DNA of 63,679 nt from a virus. Its lineage: Duplodnaviria; Caudoviricetes. The position numbers and the translations under genes are program-made. Positions 36,332 to 46,685 of the stretch are shown piece by piece. Within the stretch, counting starts at the first letter, position 1; every line of letters starts with the position of its first letter. Under the pieces are notes generated by a model that was not told where the DNA came from, searched no databases, and saw only the letters and a list, made by a program, of their open reading frames with translations. The stretch is from positions 1-63,679 of IMG/VR virus record IMGVR_UViG_3300023184_000116, one strand, 5' to 3'.

Positions 36332-36434
36332 ATTTAGTTATGTTTTATGTGATCCAGAAAAGGATTAAGGAACCACACAAAACACGCTAAGCACTTCCCA
36401 ACACCAAGCGGTAGTTTCATCATAACACGCAATG

Positions 36435-36707
36435 CTACAACTCTTCATCTGGGATCGCGCATTCACCTGCGCCAGCAAAATACGCTGCGCCATCAATGAA
36501 ATGATCTACATCTAAACTATTCACACATCGCGCGAGCTTAACACCAACCATGCACAATGCAACTTGATGAGCTGAAACATCCACGCCAAGAATCACGGAC
36601 CAGATCTTTGCAATGTTTGTGTGATTAGTCACAAAATCACCGGATGTTTTCTCACGATCACCACCAGTTAATTCTGCAGCTCGCTGCAAAACATGAAAAC
36701 GATTCAC
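36435..36707 (-). CDS. small all-alpha protein (DUF6378 / nucleotide pyrophosphatase-like)
   Basis: A..L..GDR...G....NH..IA.IWS...QVALCM..VKLAR...D.AAY. Confidence 0.65.
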   Translation of the reverse strand: MNRFHVLQRAAELTGGDREKTSGDFVTNHTNIAKIWSVILGVDVSAHQVALCMVGVKLARCVNSLDVDHFIDGAAYFAGAGECAIPDEEL

Positions 36708-37894
36708 CGATTTTCACCAGCTAACACAACAAGATCTCGACGCGGGTCATAATCCTCGCCAACAACAAGCGACACGATACCAGTTGGTGATTCCAAGCCG
36801 CGAGTATTTCTAAACCATGGTGAACCACCATCCATCGCCGGTGTTTGCACCCACAAACGAGGACCAACCTGTGAAACCTTGTAGTGATGAAAATGTGCAG
36901 AGATCAAAACATCACATGAACCAACCGGTGTGCGACCAGTTGCTTGACCTTCCCACCACTTTGGAAGATCACGTGCTTGATGACCGTGAACAAAACCGAT
37001 CATTGCACCAGAAAGATCCATGGCAAGTGACAAACTATCGCGTTCAGGGTAACGAAACTGCACGTGAGCTAAAGCAGGATTCTCAGCGCAAGCATCTTGC
37101 ACAGCTGAAACAACTTCGATCTGCCACGAGTCAACCGGGTCAGTTAAAACAATGCGGTGTGGTTCATCATGATTACCTGGTACACAAGGAACAACAAGCG
37201 ACTCGGTTAAAGGCGCAAAAGTTTTAACCCAATTTAGTAAAACTCTGCGACCAATTCGCACTTGTTGAGTCACCGATAAATCAGATCTACCAAGAACACC
37301 ACCTTTTTGACTCGTTGAACCTTCAATGCAGTCACCGAGCTGCGGTAAAACTATTTCACCAATGTCACGACCAGTTTTAACGAGCTCATTGAACCTAAAA
37401 ACCGATGCATTAAGCGCTTCACCCATGCGACGCACGGTACCATTTGTGCCATCACCTGCATCTTTACCGTATTGAGTATCGCCAACGCAAAAAAGGCTCG
37501 ACAGAGAACCACCACGTGGCTTCTGTCGAGCACTTGGACGCCACTTTGAAAGCGACTTCATGAGATCTTCAAGATCTTGTGCAAGATCATTTGAAACAGC
37601 CCGCGCTGGGACAAGTGAAACCCTTGCAGCTTCAAGCCATTCACCGTCATAACGCTGCCAGCGAGAACGACGAACAGATGTCACTAGCCATTGGCTAGGA
37701 TCTAGATCAAAATCCTGTAACAAATCTTTTGCATCCGGTAAATCACCGACACTTCGAGCAGTTGAAACAAGAAAACCACCGTTTGAATCAACTTCAAGAC
37801 GTGGACGCCAACCTTCTGGCGTGTTCAATGCTCGAACATCTGAACCTGATTGACCAGGTGAAACCATTTTAGAAAGATCATCACTGAGCGACAT
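36704..37894 (-). CDS. calcineurin-like metallophosphoesterase (Mre11-like)
   Basis: GDTQ, GDCIEG, PGNHD, HGH, HFHH. Confidence 0.85.
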   Translation of the reverse strand: MSLSDDLSKMVSPGQSGSDVRALNTPEGWRPRLEVDSNGGFLVSTARSVGDLPDAKDLLQDFDLDPSQWLVTSVRRSRWQRYDGEWLEAARVSLVPARAVSNDLAQDLEDLMKSLSKWRPSARQKPRGGSLSSLFCVGDTQYGKDAGDGTNGTVRRMGEALNASVFRFNELVKTGRDIGEIVLPQLGDCIEGSTSQKGGVLGRSDLSVTQQVRIGRRVLLNWVKTFAPLTESLVVPCVPGNHDEPHRIVLTDPVDSWQIEVVSAVQDACAENPALAHVQFRYPERDSLSLAMDLSGAMIGFVHGHQARDLPKWWEGQATGRTPVGSCDVLISAHFHHYKVSQVGPRLWVQTPAMDGGSPWFRNTRGLESPTGIVSLVVGEDYDPRRDLVVLAGENR

Positions 37895-38126
37895 GGCAAC
37901 AACAATCTTTTTTGCGATGCTTGTTCACTGTTGATGATCCAATTACAATGTTGTTCTCTTTTAAGATCCTTGAAATCTGTGCACCAGAAAAGTTCAAATT
38001 ATTTAGCGCATTTTCTAGTGCCAATTTATCCGCGCTATCTAAAGATTCAAGAATAGTTTTAACTAAACATGAACGGCGAGAACTTCTAGCAAATTGCAGC
38101 TTTTCTAAATCATCGCTTAAAGGCAT
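37881..38126 (-). CDS. small HTH-like protein
   Basis: C.V...L...D...L...ISRIL...HR...C.C. Confidence 0.55.
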   Translation of the reverse strand: MPLSDDLEKLQFARSSRRSCLVKTILESLDSADKLALENALNNLNFSGAQISRILKENNIVIGSSTVNKHRKKDCCCHVAQ

Positions 38127-38158
38127 TGACCCCTGATCCTTTTCTATAGGCAAAAACC

Positions 38159-38398
38159 CTAGTTAGACTTTACACTATGATGCTGCACATTTACGGTATT
38201 TGAACCAATACCAAACGCGGTATCGTTTTTTGACAAGGCGCGGATCAAAACAGGGATAAACGCAACCCAAACAGAGTTCACAATGATCTTGAGGTCGGCA
38301 CTGGTGAAATCTAAAGGCGATTTGCCAATGGCAAGAGCAGCGGTCAACGCTGTTGCCAATAGTGATTGCAGATACGAAACAATAACTTCTTTTCTCAT
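38159..38398 (-). CDS. holin (phage B)
   Basis: Two transmembrane segments; IRAL...D.AFG. Confidence 0.75.
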   Translation of the reverse strand: MRKEVIVSYLQSLLATALTAALAIGKSPLDFTSADLKIIVNSVWVAFIPVLIRALSKNDTAFGIGSNTVNVQHHSVKSN

Positions 38399-38407
38399 TG
38401 CTAATCC

Positions 38408-38809
38408 TTACGCTTTGAATAAATAAGTGAGGCGAGTTCCGCCATTCATTGTCCAGAACCGAGTCTTTTGACCTTCGACATGAACATGAGGCCCACCGCT
38501 GTTGCCCTCAACGCCAACCTCGGCAATCTTTTGCCCCTTCTTGACCTTGTCGCCAGCCTTGACATTCGTCATCCGCACATGAGCATAGATGACATAACGA
38601 GGAAAGACTTTGCCATGCTTGATGACCGGCGAGAACTGTCCGAATGCTTTGCCCCAAATGTTGACACCAATCACTTCGCCATCAGCGATAGCGAACACAT
38701 CAGTTCCAACTGGTGCGCCGAAGTCGTAGCCTTGGTGTTGACCTGACATCCACTGGTTTCCCTTAACACCGAAACCGCAAGTGATAACGACCTTCTTAAC
38801 TGGATACAT
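38408..38809 (-). CDS. endolysin, M23 peptidase (phage B)
   Basis: HQGYDFG, YAH, PHVHVE. Confidence 0.9.
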   Translation of the reverse strand: MYPVKKVVITCGFGVKGNQWMSGQHQGYDFGAPVGTDVFAIADGEVIGVNIWGKAFGQFSPVIKHGKVFPRYVIYAHVRMTNVKAGDKVKKGQKIAEVGVEGNSGGPHVHVEGQKTRFWTMNGGTRLTYLFKA

Positions 38810-39167
38810 CTTTAACTCCTCTAGGGTTCAACTTCTTGGCTGGTAGTTTTGGCGCAGTCTTTTTCGGTGTCCACGAAATCACCGTCTGTTCAAGGTTCGA
38901 AACTCGTTCAATCATTGTGTCCACCTGTTCGCGAACATCCATCGCCTGATCGCAAGCGCGTTCAGCTGCGAACGCTGCGCGTTCTGCATCCTTGGCGGCC
39001 TTGCGCACTAGGTCATAAGTTGAACCGCCACCATTAGGTCGAAGTTCCACCATCGCATCATGAAGCCAGGACTTAATCAGGCGAGAAACGATTGCCCCAA
39101 AGACACCAGCAATCGCCAGACCACTGGCAACAGTTGAAACCCAATCAGGAATGGACAGGTTATTCAT
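38796..39167 (-). CDS. membrane protein of the lysis module
   Basis: Transmembrane segment, ELRPNGGGS, coiled coil. Confidence 0.6.
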   Translation of the reverse strand: MNNLSIPDWVSTVASGLAIAGVFGAIVSRLIKSWLHDAMVELRPNGGGSTYDLVRKAAKDAERAAFAAERACDQAMDVREQVDTMIERVSNLEQTVISWTPKKTAPKLPAKKLNPRGVKDVSS

Positions 39168-39421
39168 TACTTTTCAATCACCGCGACATAGACAGTGGTC
39201 GTGCCAGTATTAGTGACCGCGTACATTGGGCCATTGTGAGTGTTGAAAGTAATCTTGTCGCCAGAATCTAGGCGTAAACCGTTCGAAGTTGTCACGCCAG
39301 CATCGCCTACATAAAGCAAACCACCTGAAGTGTGCAGGTGAACTTCCTCAGCTGCAACAGTGTCAGCGACAATCTGACTTGCAGTTGTTCCGATTGTGAA
39401 TTGCGCGGTTGAAATTGCCAT
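39167..39421 (-). CDS. small beta-rich virion protein
   Basis: LYVG...VT..NG..L. Confidence 0.55.
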   Translation of the reverse strand: MAISTAQFTIGTTASQIVADTVAAEEVHLHTSGGLLYVGDAGVTTSNGLRLDSGDKITFNTHNGPMYAVTNTGTTTVYVAVIEK

Positions 39422-39577
39422 TGTTTATTCCTTGGTTTCGGCTGGTGTTTTGTCTGTGATTTCCTGATGGCATCCGCCACAAATCACAAGTTCTTCGGGG
39501 TCAGGAAACTGAACTGTGAAATTGTTGTTCTCGCAAGTGTCAGTGTGACAAGTTAGATTCCAAAGCATCTGTTTCCC

Positions 39578-40036
39578 TTAGTTGTTATCGGCAGCAGCCG
39601 AAGTCATTTGAATGGCATGGTAATGAAAATAAGTGTTCGTGATTGTTGCTGTTGAACTCACATTGAAGATTCGAACCGTGAAACCTGATGTTGTGACTGA
39701 TGCAGTCGAGCAGGCAGCATACACATTGGTCGAGCCAGTGACTTCAGCAGTTGCAGTGATGATTGGGTTTTGCGTGAATCTTGTCGATCGTGCAAAAGTC
39801 ACTGTGTAAGAAGCGACACCACCAGGATTCACATTTGTTGTGTAGTTGATTTTATCGGTCGAGGTTGCGAACGGTATTGGTCGAAGCACACCATCGGTTG
39901 CGGTGTAGGAAAGTTGGTTCGGGTAAGTGCCGGCGTTGTAAACCTTGTTTATCGTTCCGCCAAGATCGTTCAAGTCCGATGCCGGTAGAACCGAACCGTC
40001 AGTGAATGATGTTTTTGCTGGGAAACCTGCTGCCAT
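39578..40036 (-). CDS. minor tail / fibre-tip protein
   Basis: F..G.VL.ASDLN N-terminus; VTF...FT..P...VTTSGFTVR. Confidence 0.7.
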   Translation of the reverse strand: MAAGFPAKTSFTDGSVLPASDLNDLGGTINKVYNAGTYPNQLSYTATDGVLRPIPFATSTDKINYTTNVNPGGVASYTVTFARSTRFTQNPIITATAEVTGSTNVYAACSTASVTTSGFTVRIFNVSSTATITNTYFHYHAIQMTSAAADNN

Positions 40037-40046
40037 TTTTTACTCC

Positions 40047-41525
40047 TTATGTTCCTGGGCTAAGTGTCAAAGACATTCGCCACGAGTTTGGTTTGATGTC
40101 GTGATTCAGTTCTTGGATGTAACACTGATAATCCAAAGGAACACCATTTGAGTAGATAGGGGTTCGATGAACAATCACAGCTGAACCCAAATCCGAAGTA
40201 ATGATGTTGTACCAAAGTTCAGCCGAGAAGCCAACACATTCAAAGCCGATGCTGTCCACGCGGTATTGGCTATCAGCAAACTGGTCAGCCAACTGTTGTG
40301 CAATCTCATTGACATCTGAGTTGCCTGGGCCGTTTGAATAGAAACTTTCAATCTGCGCAGCAAAAGGGCCGTATTTTGCAACGCTTGCCTGATTGAACTT
40401 TGTCACATTGTTTTCATAACCGCTTGGTGCGGTGTTGTGAACAGTGACTTGATTGCGCCGATACTTTTCGCCACCGATAACGCTAATTTCGTCATACTCG
40501 ACAACATCATTGCTGGCGCGAGTGTCAGTCATTGTGAATCGTTTTGTTTTCCCAGCCCAAGAGCCAGGCGCAAAAGCACTATAACCAAGCCAGTTCACAT
40601 CGCCAGCGACATTGCAATAAAACATTGCACCAGGCTGAGTTTTCACAATTGGATCAATGGCGGTCAAAACATCAACAGGTGTGTCGCCAGTAATCAGACT
40701 GCTGACAATGTACCTGTCGCCGGTGTAGTAAAAGTTTTGATTCCAACCAGCATCATCCAAGATTCGACCGATTGCAGTGGCATCACCCAAGTATGCGGTG
40801 TCTAAGGTTGAAAACATTCTTGAAAGCATTCCCAAACCGTCAACGCAAGTGATGGTTGTTACAGGCTGCAAAGACAAATCCTTGTCAATCTGTTCAATGA
40901 AGCCTGTGAACAAGGCAACTTCACTGACACCGCCAGATCGAGTGATGCTTGCGGTCACTCGAACACCAGTGCCAGCAACAAGAATTGATTGACCTGTTGA
41001 AGTGAAATAGCCAGTTGTCCCGAGTCCAGATTGACCAGTCAACAAGCCTGTCGGTGTTCCGTTTGCAACTGTAAAAGTGTTGCTAGTGATGGCGGTGATT
41101 GTTTGCAGCTTTAGATTGAATGAACTGGTTGACATTCCAGTGATGCTGATCACTTGACCAACATGAAAGAAGTGCGTGGAGTCCGTTGTGTAGACAGTAA
41201 TCACACCACTGCCGAATGCACCGATGATTGGCTGACTCGTGGTGAACTCAGGGTCATAAGTTCCAAGAGTGTTATCCATTGACAGAGTCAAAGTGCCAGC
41301 CTGAATTGCTTGATCCTCACGAGTTCGACCTCGGCGGATAGCAATGCTTTTGACATCCTCAGTTTGCATTTGGGTCAAAGTTGTAAAAGGCGTGTATTTG
41401 GCAAGAACATCAGTGCCAGTCGGTGCAAGTGTTGAATAACCGAGCGTGAACAAGCCAGAGTCGCGGTTACCGGTATCGAGGTAGACCTTAATCTTTGGCG
41501 CATTCGTGCCGTCATAAAGTGCCAT
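40047..41525 (-). CDS. minor tail (hub) protein
   Basis: IRRGR.....AGTL...DN..G..DP; follows tape measure. Confidence 0.75.
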   Translation of the reverse strand: MALYDGTNAPKIKVYLDTGNRDSGLFTLGYSTLAPTGTDVLAKYTPFTTLTQMQTEDVKSIAIRRGRTREDQAIQAGTLTLSMDNTLGTYDPEFTTSQPIIGAFGSGVITVYTTDSTHFFHVGQVISITGMSTSSFNLKLQTITAITSNTFTVANGTPTGLLTGQSGLGTTGYFTSTGQSILVAGTGVRVTASITRSGGVSEVALFTGFIEQIDKDLSLQPVTTITCVDGLGMLSRMFSTLDTAYLGDATAIGRILDDAGWNQNFYYTGDRYIVSSLITGDTPVDVLTAIDPIVKTQPGAMFYCNVAGDVNWLGYSAFAPGSWAGKTKRFTMTDTRASNDVVEYDEISVIGGEKYRRNQVTVHNTAPSGYENNVTKFNQASVAKYGPFAAQIESFYSNGPGNSDVNEIAQQLADQFADSQYRVDSIGFECVGFSAELWYNIITSDLGSAVIVHRTPIYSNGVPLDYQCYIQELNHDIKPNSWRMSLTLSPGT

Positions 41526-41528
41526 CGA

Positions 41529-43130
41529 TTACACTCCAAGAATTGAAGGGTTGAGTCCTCGACGACGCATCAGCTGAGCAATGTTGTCGCGAACCGTAAC
41601 CGCCAAATCGCGCTCATGAACAACCGAGCCAGAAACATTGATGACAACATTCATGCCACCGAGTCCACCAAGTTTATTATTAGGTGTCACATAACCATTT
41701 CCACCCATTGTGAGAAGTTCTGGGCCACGCTCGCCGACAATGTAAGAAGCACCGGCAGCAGCAGGACCACCAAGCGCAAGATAACCATTTGGGCCAACAC
41801 CTGGAACAGGAGTGCGCAAACCAAACAAAGGTTGATTCTTAACAGTGTGCATCCAAGGTCGCTCAAATTGTTCATCTCCGTTAAACCAAACCATGCCATG
41901 GCCTGCATCGGCACTGGCTGGCGAATGCAAGTCAGTCCATCTCTGTCGTTGCACTGGATCATTGCCAACCAACGACATTCCTGTTTTGTCTTTTTCCCTT
42001 TTTTGCTCCTCGGTTTCTCCGCCTGGCATACTCAAGCCACTCCACATTCCAGACAAACCGAAAGCGGCGAATACTGCACCAGCAGCCAATGCTTGAACAG
42101 CGAGCAAAGTTCCACCAGATGCTGCCGCTTCAGCTGCTGCGGTAGTAACCGCAACACCACGAGTGACAGCCATCACAGTATTGATTGCTTTGAATGCGGT
42201 GGTCATTGTGGAAACCGCAGCACCAATTTTGCCAACAGCCCAAAATGTCCCCATTGCAGCAGCAATGTCAATGACAACTTGTTTGTGATCACCAATCCAT
42301 TTCAAAACAGAACGAACTTCAGTTCCCCACTTTTTGACAGAGTCATAAGCGTGATCTCCACCGTCTTTCACGCCAGTCAAACCATCAACAAAAGCCTGAA
42401 CATTCGGAACAACAGTGTCAGTCAAATAGGTTGCTATTTTCTCGACAATAGGCATCAAGGCATAACCGATTTGTTCCTTGGTTTCATCAACCGCAATCTT
42501 CAATCGACCAAATCGACCCTCAAGGGAATCGGCTGCGCCAGCAGCCTGACCGCTGAAAGTAGTGGACAAAATCTCAAACGCCTTCTTGGTGTCCTTCGAC
42601 TTGATAACCGAAGCATCCAAACCAAGTCCAAGACGCTGAAGCGATGCAAGGTTTCCACCATACGCTTTACCTAACGCGTTAGAAACAGTTCCAAGATCTT
42701 TACCTGTACCAGCCGAAATGTCTAGCGCAAGTGTTTGAAGTTGTTGCGCCTCTGTAACATCCTTGGTCGCAGTGACCAAACGCTGCAATGAAGGTCGCAA
42801 CTTGTCATCAACAACACCGTAACGGGCTTGTGTTTTAGTAATGTAATCCTCAACGCTGGCAGTCTGCGCCTTAGTCGCACCGACTGTGTTCTTTAAGGCA
42901 ATAGCCAATCGGCGTTGCGACTTCTCATCAGCAATCGCGTTCTTGATTGACGAAACAGCAAGTGCACCAGCAGCAGCACCAACAGCAAGAAATGAAGTCG
43001 CAGCGACCTTGCCCATTTTCTTAAAATGTTCGCCAGCACTTCCAGCTTCTTTTCCAACACCTTTGAGAGTTTTGCTGGCGTTAACATCTTTGCCATAAAT
43101 AGCATAAACAAGATCAGTCACTTTGGCCAT
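41529..43130 (-). CDS. tape measure protein
   Basis: Ala-rich helical; C-terminal A.GGP......VGERGPEL. Confidence 0.85.
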   Translation of the reverse strand: MAKVTDLVYAIYGKDVNASKTLKGVGKEAGSAGEHFKKMGKVAATSFLAVGAAAGALAVSSIKNAIADEKSQRRLAIALKNTVGATKAQTASVEDYITKTQARYGVVDDKLRPSLQRLVTATKDVTEAQQLQTLALDISAGTGKDLGTVSNALGKAYGGNLASLQRLGLGLDASVIKSKDTKKAFEILSTTFSGQAAGAADSLEGRFGRLKIAVDETKEQIGYALMPIVEKIATYLTDTVVPNVQAFVDGLTGVKDGGDHAYDSVKKWGTEVRSVLKWIGDHKQVVIDIAAAMGTFWAVGKIGAAVSTMTTAFKAINTVMAVTRGVAVTTAAAEAAASGGTLLAVQALAAGAVFAAFGLSGMWSGLSMPGGETEEQKREKDKTGMSLVGNDPVQRQRWTDLHSPASADAGHGMVWFNGDEQFERPWMHTVKNQPLFGLRTPVPGVGPNGYLALGGPAAAGASYIVGERGPELLTMGGNGYVTPNNKLGGLGGMNVVINVSGSVVHERDLAVTVRDNIAQLMRRRGLNPSILGV

Positions 43131-43138
43131 GAAAACTC

Positions 43139-43291
43139 CTATTCAGATTTTGTGTAAGCGAGAAGCAAATTGAACTCTTCGCCAGTTAAGTCCCAGACAT
43201 TCCAAGGCGTGATGCCTGGATAAGTGTGCATGAGCAAAGGCAGATTGCTTAGGACTCGGTCGTTGACTGTTCTGCCTGATCCTCTAAAGGG
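43139..43291 (-). CDS. tail assembly chaperone -1 frameshift extension (gpT-like)
   Basis: Slippery heptamer CCCTTTA at 43291..43285; -1 frame open to TAG at 43139, encoding ...YPGITPWNVWDLTGEEF... Confidence 0.75.
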   Translation of the reverse strand, partial: PFRGSGRTVNDRVLSNLPLLMHTYPGITPWNVWDLTGEEFNLLLAYTKSE

Positions 43292-43608
43292 TCGGCATCA
43301 TTCTCCACCACATCGATGGCCTCAACCTCAACATCGATTGCTTGTTCAAAAGTTAGATCTTCACCGGCTCTGCGCCGAGCAATCCAAACCATTGCCAAAA
43401 ATACTTCACGTGAAGCGACTTCCAACTCGTCTTGCTTTTCCTCGGACAAAGACTTGCGAGCCTTTGCTGACATGTTAAAAATTGAAAACATTTTTTCAAT
43501 CGGCTTTTTGAACTGGCGTTCAATCAGATTTTGTTCACCCATTGTGATGCCACGTTCGCCATCATCGCCTGGTAGTTTATAGATCTTGTTGTCAATTCTT
43601 ACTGGCAT
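43249..43608 (-). CDS. tail assembly chaperone (gpG-like)
   Basis: Between tail tube and tape measure; T.GE...IE, VWIARRR. Confidence 0.75.
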   Translation of the reverse strand: MPVRIDNKIYKLPGDDGERGITMGEQNLIERQFKKPIEKMFSIFNMSAKARKSLSEEKQDELEVASREVFLAMVWIARRRAGEDLTFEQAIDVEVEAIDVVENDADPLEDQAEQSTTES

Positions 43609-43619
43609 TTGTTACCCCT

Positions 43620-44159
43620 TTATAGTTTTGATCGTAAACGTTTTTTGTCAATTTCTTCAAATGTTTCCATGAAAGCTTTTTCAACAGCTTTTTGAGCCTC
43701 TGGTTTATGATTGTAAATTGTTCTACCAAAGAATCGATGATAACGTTGAATCGGCCATTTTTCTGGATGATCCATGTTCTTTCCAAAAACAGGATGCTTC
43801 CATCTTTTAATTGTACCATCTAAAAGTTTTGGCAATGTTTCAGTTCTTCCACCGCTTAAGATCTTAAACTTTTTCTGATCAACGCGAATAAAAACACCTG
43901 ATTGTCTTTTAGTTGACTTGATTCCAACTGTTATTGATGCAGCAATTGATGCACGCAAACCTAAACCTTTTGGTTCTGGGCTTTTGATTTCAGATTTTTT
44001 ATCAGATGGAATTGCTAACACTGCTCGCTGCACGTCAGGAACAACTTCTTTTCCAACTTTTTTCAAACGAGTTGCAAGTTGACGTGCAATCTTTTGATCA
44101 ATGTTGCGTGTGTTCAAATAAAAGTTTCGGAAGTCCGATTCTTTAATTTCAACGGACAT
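43620..44159 (-). CDS. tail completion protein, HK97 gp10-like
   Basis: Basic; LRASI, HPVFG...W..Q. Confidence 0.6.
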   Translation of the reverse strand: MSVEIKESDFRNFYLNTRNIDQKIARQLATRLKKVGKEVVPDVQRAVLAIPSDKKSEIKSPEPKGLGLRASIAASITVGIKSTKRQSGVFIRVDQKKFKILSGGRTETLPKLLDGTIKRWKHPVFGKNMDHPEKWPIQRYHRFFGRTIYNHKPEAQKAVEKAFMETFEEIDKKRLRSKL

Positions 44160-44161
44160 GG

Positions 44162-45157
44162 TTAGAGTTCTGAATCTAGTGTCTTGTAAGTGATGGTGAA
44201 CGGTGCATCAGTGCCATTGTCAAAGACAGTGAAACCGAAACTGACATCGATAACGCCAGGGCCAGAAACCATTGGTGTGTCACCATCGAACTTCGCGGCT
44301 GGAATTGTGATGCTGAGAGTTTCTTTGTCAGAAGCTGAACCAATCGTTGCGCCTTCAAAAGTTAGTTTCAAGCCAGCAGTTGAGTCAGCCAAGAACTTAT
44401 CCAAAAGAACAGTGTCGGTGAACTCAGCTGTGACTTTGCCAGAGATTGCTCGGAAACCGTTGATGATTTGTTCAGACTTTGAACCTGCTGCGCCTAAGTT
44501 GTAGCGATCAGTTTTCAACGAGTTGTCAACAGTCAAACTGAAGTCCTTGATGTTGGCATAAGTAGTAGGCGAGCCAGCATTGTCAGTGATTGAACCCTGA
44601 GCAAAGTGGAACAAGTTACTTGTCGCAATGTTTGTATAGGCAACGGTCGCAGAGGTTGATGCACCTGTTGTGAAACCTTTGCTGTCCAGACTGAACTTCG
44701 CTTTGGCGATGTCGCCAGAACCAACAGACAGTTCGAAGTTGGTTATCTTGCAACCGCTTAAAGTTTTGTAAGTTAGAGTCCCACCGTATTGAGGAACAGC
44801 AACTTGAGTTGTGAAACTATCGCCAATCAAATCTTGTGCGGTGAATAGGTAGGTGTAAGTCCCATTGGAACTGCTTGGTGTTGGAACTGAACCAGTTGCA
44901 AGACTAAGCAACAAACCCATTCCGCGAGTCTGCATGTCAACTTCGAAGTCGCCTTCACCAGCAAGAGTTGTGACAACGCGGCGATTCGCGCGAGCAACCA
45001 ATCCGCCGTTGCGAAGTCCTTGACCAACAACAGTGTTCTTGACATACTTTGTGCCTTCACTGTTGAACTCATAGAAACGTTCAACAGTGACAGCAGTGCC
45101 GAAACTTGATTCCTTTTTGATGCCTAGCCACGAGCCAATGCCTGAGCCGATTGCCAT
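44162..45157 (-). CDS. major tail tube protein
   Basis: LGIK.ES.FGT...RF; GCKI; siphovirus tube pattern. Confidence 0.8.
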   Translation of the reverse strand: MAIGSGIGSWLGIKKESSFGTAVTVERFYEFNSEGTKYVKNTVVGQGLRNGGLVARANRRVVTTLAGEGDFEVDMQTRGMGLLLSLATGSVPTPSSSNGTYTYLFTAQDLIGDSFTTQVAVPQYGGTLTYKTLSGCKITNFELSVGSGDIAKAKFSLDSKGFTTGASTSATVAYTNIATSNLFHFAQGSITDNAGSPTTYANIKDFSLTVDNSLKTDRYNLGAAGSKSEQIINGFRAISGKVTAEFTDTVLLDKFLADSTAGLKLTFEGATIGSASDKETLSITIPAAKFDGDTPMVSGPGVIDVSFGFTVFDNGTDAPFTITYKTLDSEL

Positions 45158-45159
45158 TG

Positions 45160-45363
45160 TTATTTCTCCTCTTGGGTTTCAGCCGTTGCGACTGGATCGG
45201 GTGATTTTGTCTTGCTATCCCCTGATGACCAGTTGAAAGGCGCTTCGAGCATTCGCTCAGCCATTTCATCTGGAACTTCTACAACTTCACCGAACTTGAT
45301 TTCAAACCCAAGTTCAGGTACATAAAGATCTCCCAAAGGGCAGACATTCTTGATTTTTGCCAT
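45160..45363 (-). CDS. small structural protein
   Basis: GEVVEVPDE.A..L. Confidence 0.6.
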   Translation of the reverse strand: MAKIKNVCPLGDLYVPELGFEIKFGEVVEVPDEMAERMLEAPFNWSSGDSKTKSPDPVATAETQEEK

Positions 45364-45372
45364 TAGTAACTC

Positions 45373-45831
45373 CTAAGTTCTGGCGCGGTATTGGATAGTG
45401 AAAACAACTGAAATTGCTACACCGTTATTTGCTTGAATGTAACTCATTTGATGCGATGCAAGACTTGAATAAATACAAGATCCACTAAGTGAAACATCTG
45501 CACGAATCGCAGTATCAACAGCTGAGAGCAATGTTGCCACACGAGAGCGACGGGCAGATAATGAAGATCCACCGTCCCATGTTGCTAACCAACAGTCAAT
45601 TGAACCGTCTTCAAATTGTTTTAGATTACCGAGTTGTTCAAATGTTTGTGTAACATTTGAGATTGCAACTTCACCGTCTTCGCTACCATCGTGACCAACA
45701 GCAATGAAGTCGCCAGGGTAACTGGAATCAATCTCAGGGCCGTCGAAGATACGCACACCTGTTAATCCACTGCTGTTCTGAAAAGCCGTTAGAATCCCGT
45801 TTATGACTTGTGGTAATGCTGTAGTGGCCAT
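45373..45831 (-). CDS. tail terminator
   Basis: V.IFDGP, AIRAD.SL.G; position in module. Confidence 0.7.
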   Translation of the reverse strand: MATTALPQVINGILTAFQNSSGLTGVRIFDGPEIDSSYPGDFIAVGHDGSEDGEVAISNVTQTFEQLGNLKQFEDGSIDCWLATWDGGSSLSARRSRVATLLSAVDTAIRADVSLSGSCIYSSLASHQMSYIQANNGVAISVVFTIQYRART

Positions 45832-45833
45832 GG

Positions 45834-46682
45834 TTACGCCAAACCAGGTAGTGAAGCAGGGTCAAGAAGTTCCATTGCTCGACGCGGTAATGAGTAAGTT
45901 GATCCAGTGTAAAAATCATCACCTGTACCGGTACGATTCATTACATTTACAACACCGCGTTGCGTCTGCCATAAATGTCTCAAGATCTCTAACACACCTT
46001 GTTGAACAGCGGGCGGTGTAACCGTGTACCCTGCGACATAGGTCACGGTAACAGAGTTTACACCGCCAGCCCAATAACCGTACGCACCAAAAGCACTAGC
46101 CGATAAACTAGATGTTGTTAAACGATGCAAGCGCTGACCTGTTGGATCGAGAAGATACTGGCTTGAATCTAAAAGTTCACCATTCTCGTAAACACTCGTG
46201 ATACTAATTGCGCGAGGATTACGAAGACGTAAAATGTCAGTATTACCGTCATACTTTTCAGATGTAATTGTGCGACGACCAAGAACAGCGCCAACATAAT
46301 TCTCTGCAAGATCTTGTGACGCGTCAATAAATCGGCGGATCTCTTCTTGATCAGCTGAAGCAGCTGGAATGTTTAAGTGACTCAATGCCATGTCATAGGA
46401 GATCACCGGCAAAGTCGTCAAATCTCGAACAGTGAACTCGTCAGTGAACGCACTCGCATTCGTGCCAGTAGCAACCCAACGCACAACATGGCGACCCGAC
46501 TGGCTAGGAACATAGGCGATGTCATAAAGACCAGCACCAGAGTTGGTGACAGTCGGCGTTGCGCTAGTGCCATCAGGCAAAGTCACAGTGCAGACAACCG
46601 CCGTTGCATTCTGCGCAGTGCCAGCACTGTTGGTGATTGTTATGCCAAGGGCAACAACATCACCAAGGTCAAAAGATGCCAT
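45834..46682 (-). CDS. head-tail connector with N-terminal Ig/BppU-like domain
   Basis: HLNI...D.E....I.A...AE.Y...VTY.AGY..P..V; extra N-terminal beta domain. Confidence 0.8.
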   Translation of the reverse strand: MASFDLGDVVALGITITNSAGTAQNATAVVCTVTLPDGTSATPTVTNSGAGLYDIAYVPSQSGRHVVRWVATGTNASAFTDEFTVRDLTTLPVISYDMALSHLNIPAASADQEEIRRFIDASQDLAENYVGAVLGRRTITSEKYDGNTDILRLRNPRAISITSVYENGELLDSSQYLLDPTGQRLHRLTTSSLSASAFGAYGYWAGGVNSVTVTYVAGYTVTPPAVQQGVLEILRHLWQTQRGVVNVMNRTGTGDDFYTGSTYSLPRRAMELLDPASLPGLA

Positions 46683-46685
46683 TGG

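Noticed and set aside
41616-42674. 352-aa + strand ORF (and other + strand ORFs in the track)
   Set aside because: Antisense shadows of minus-strand genes with no recognisable motifs or RBS
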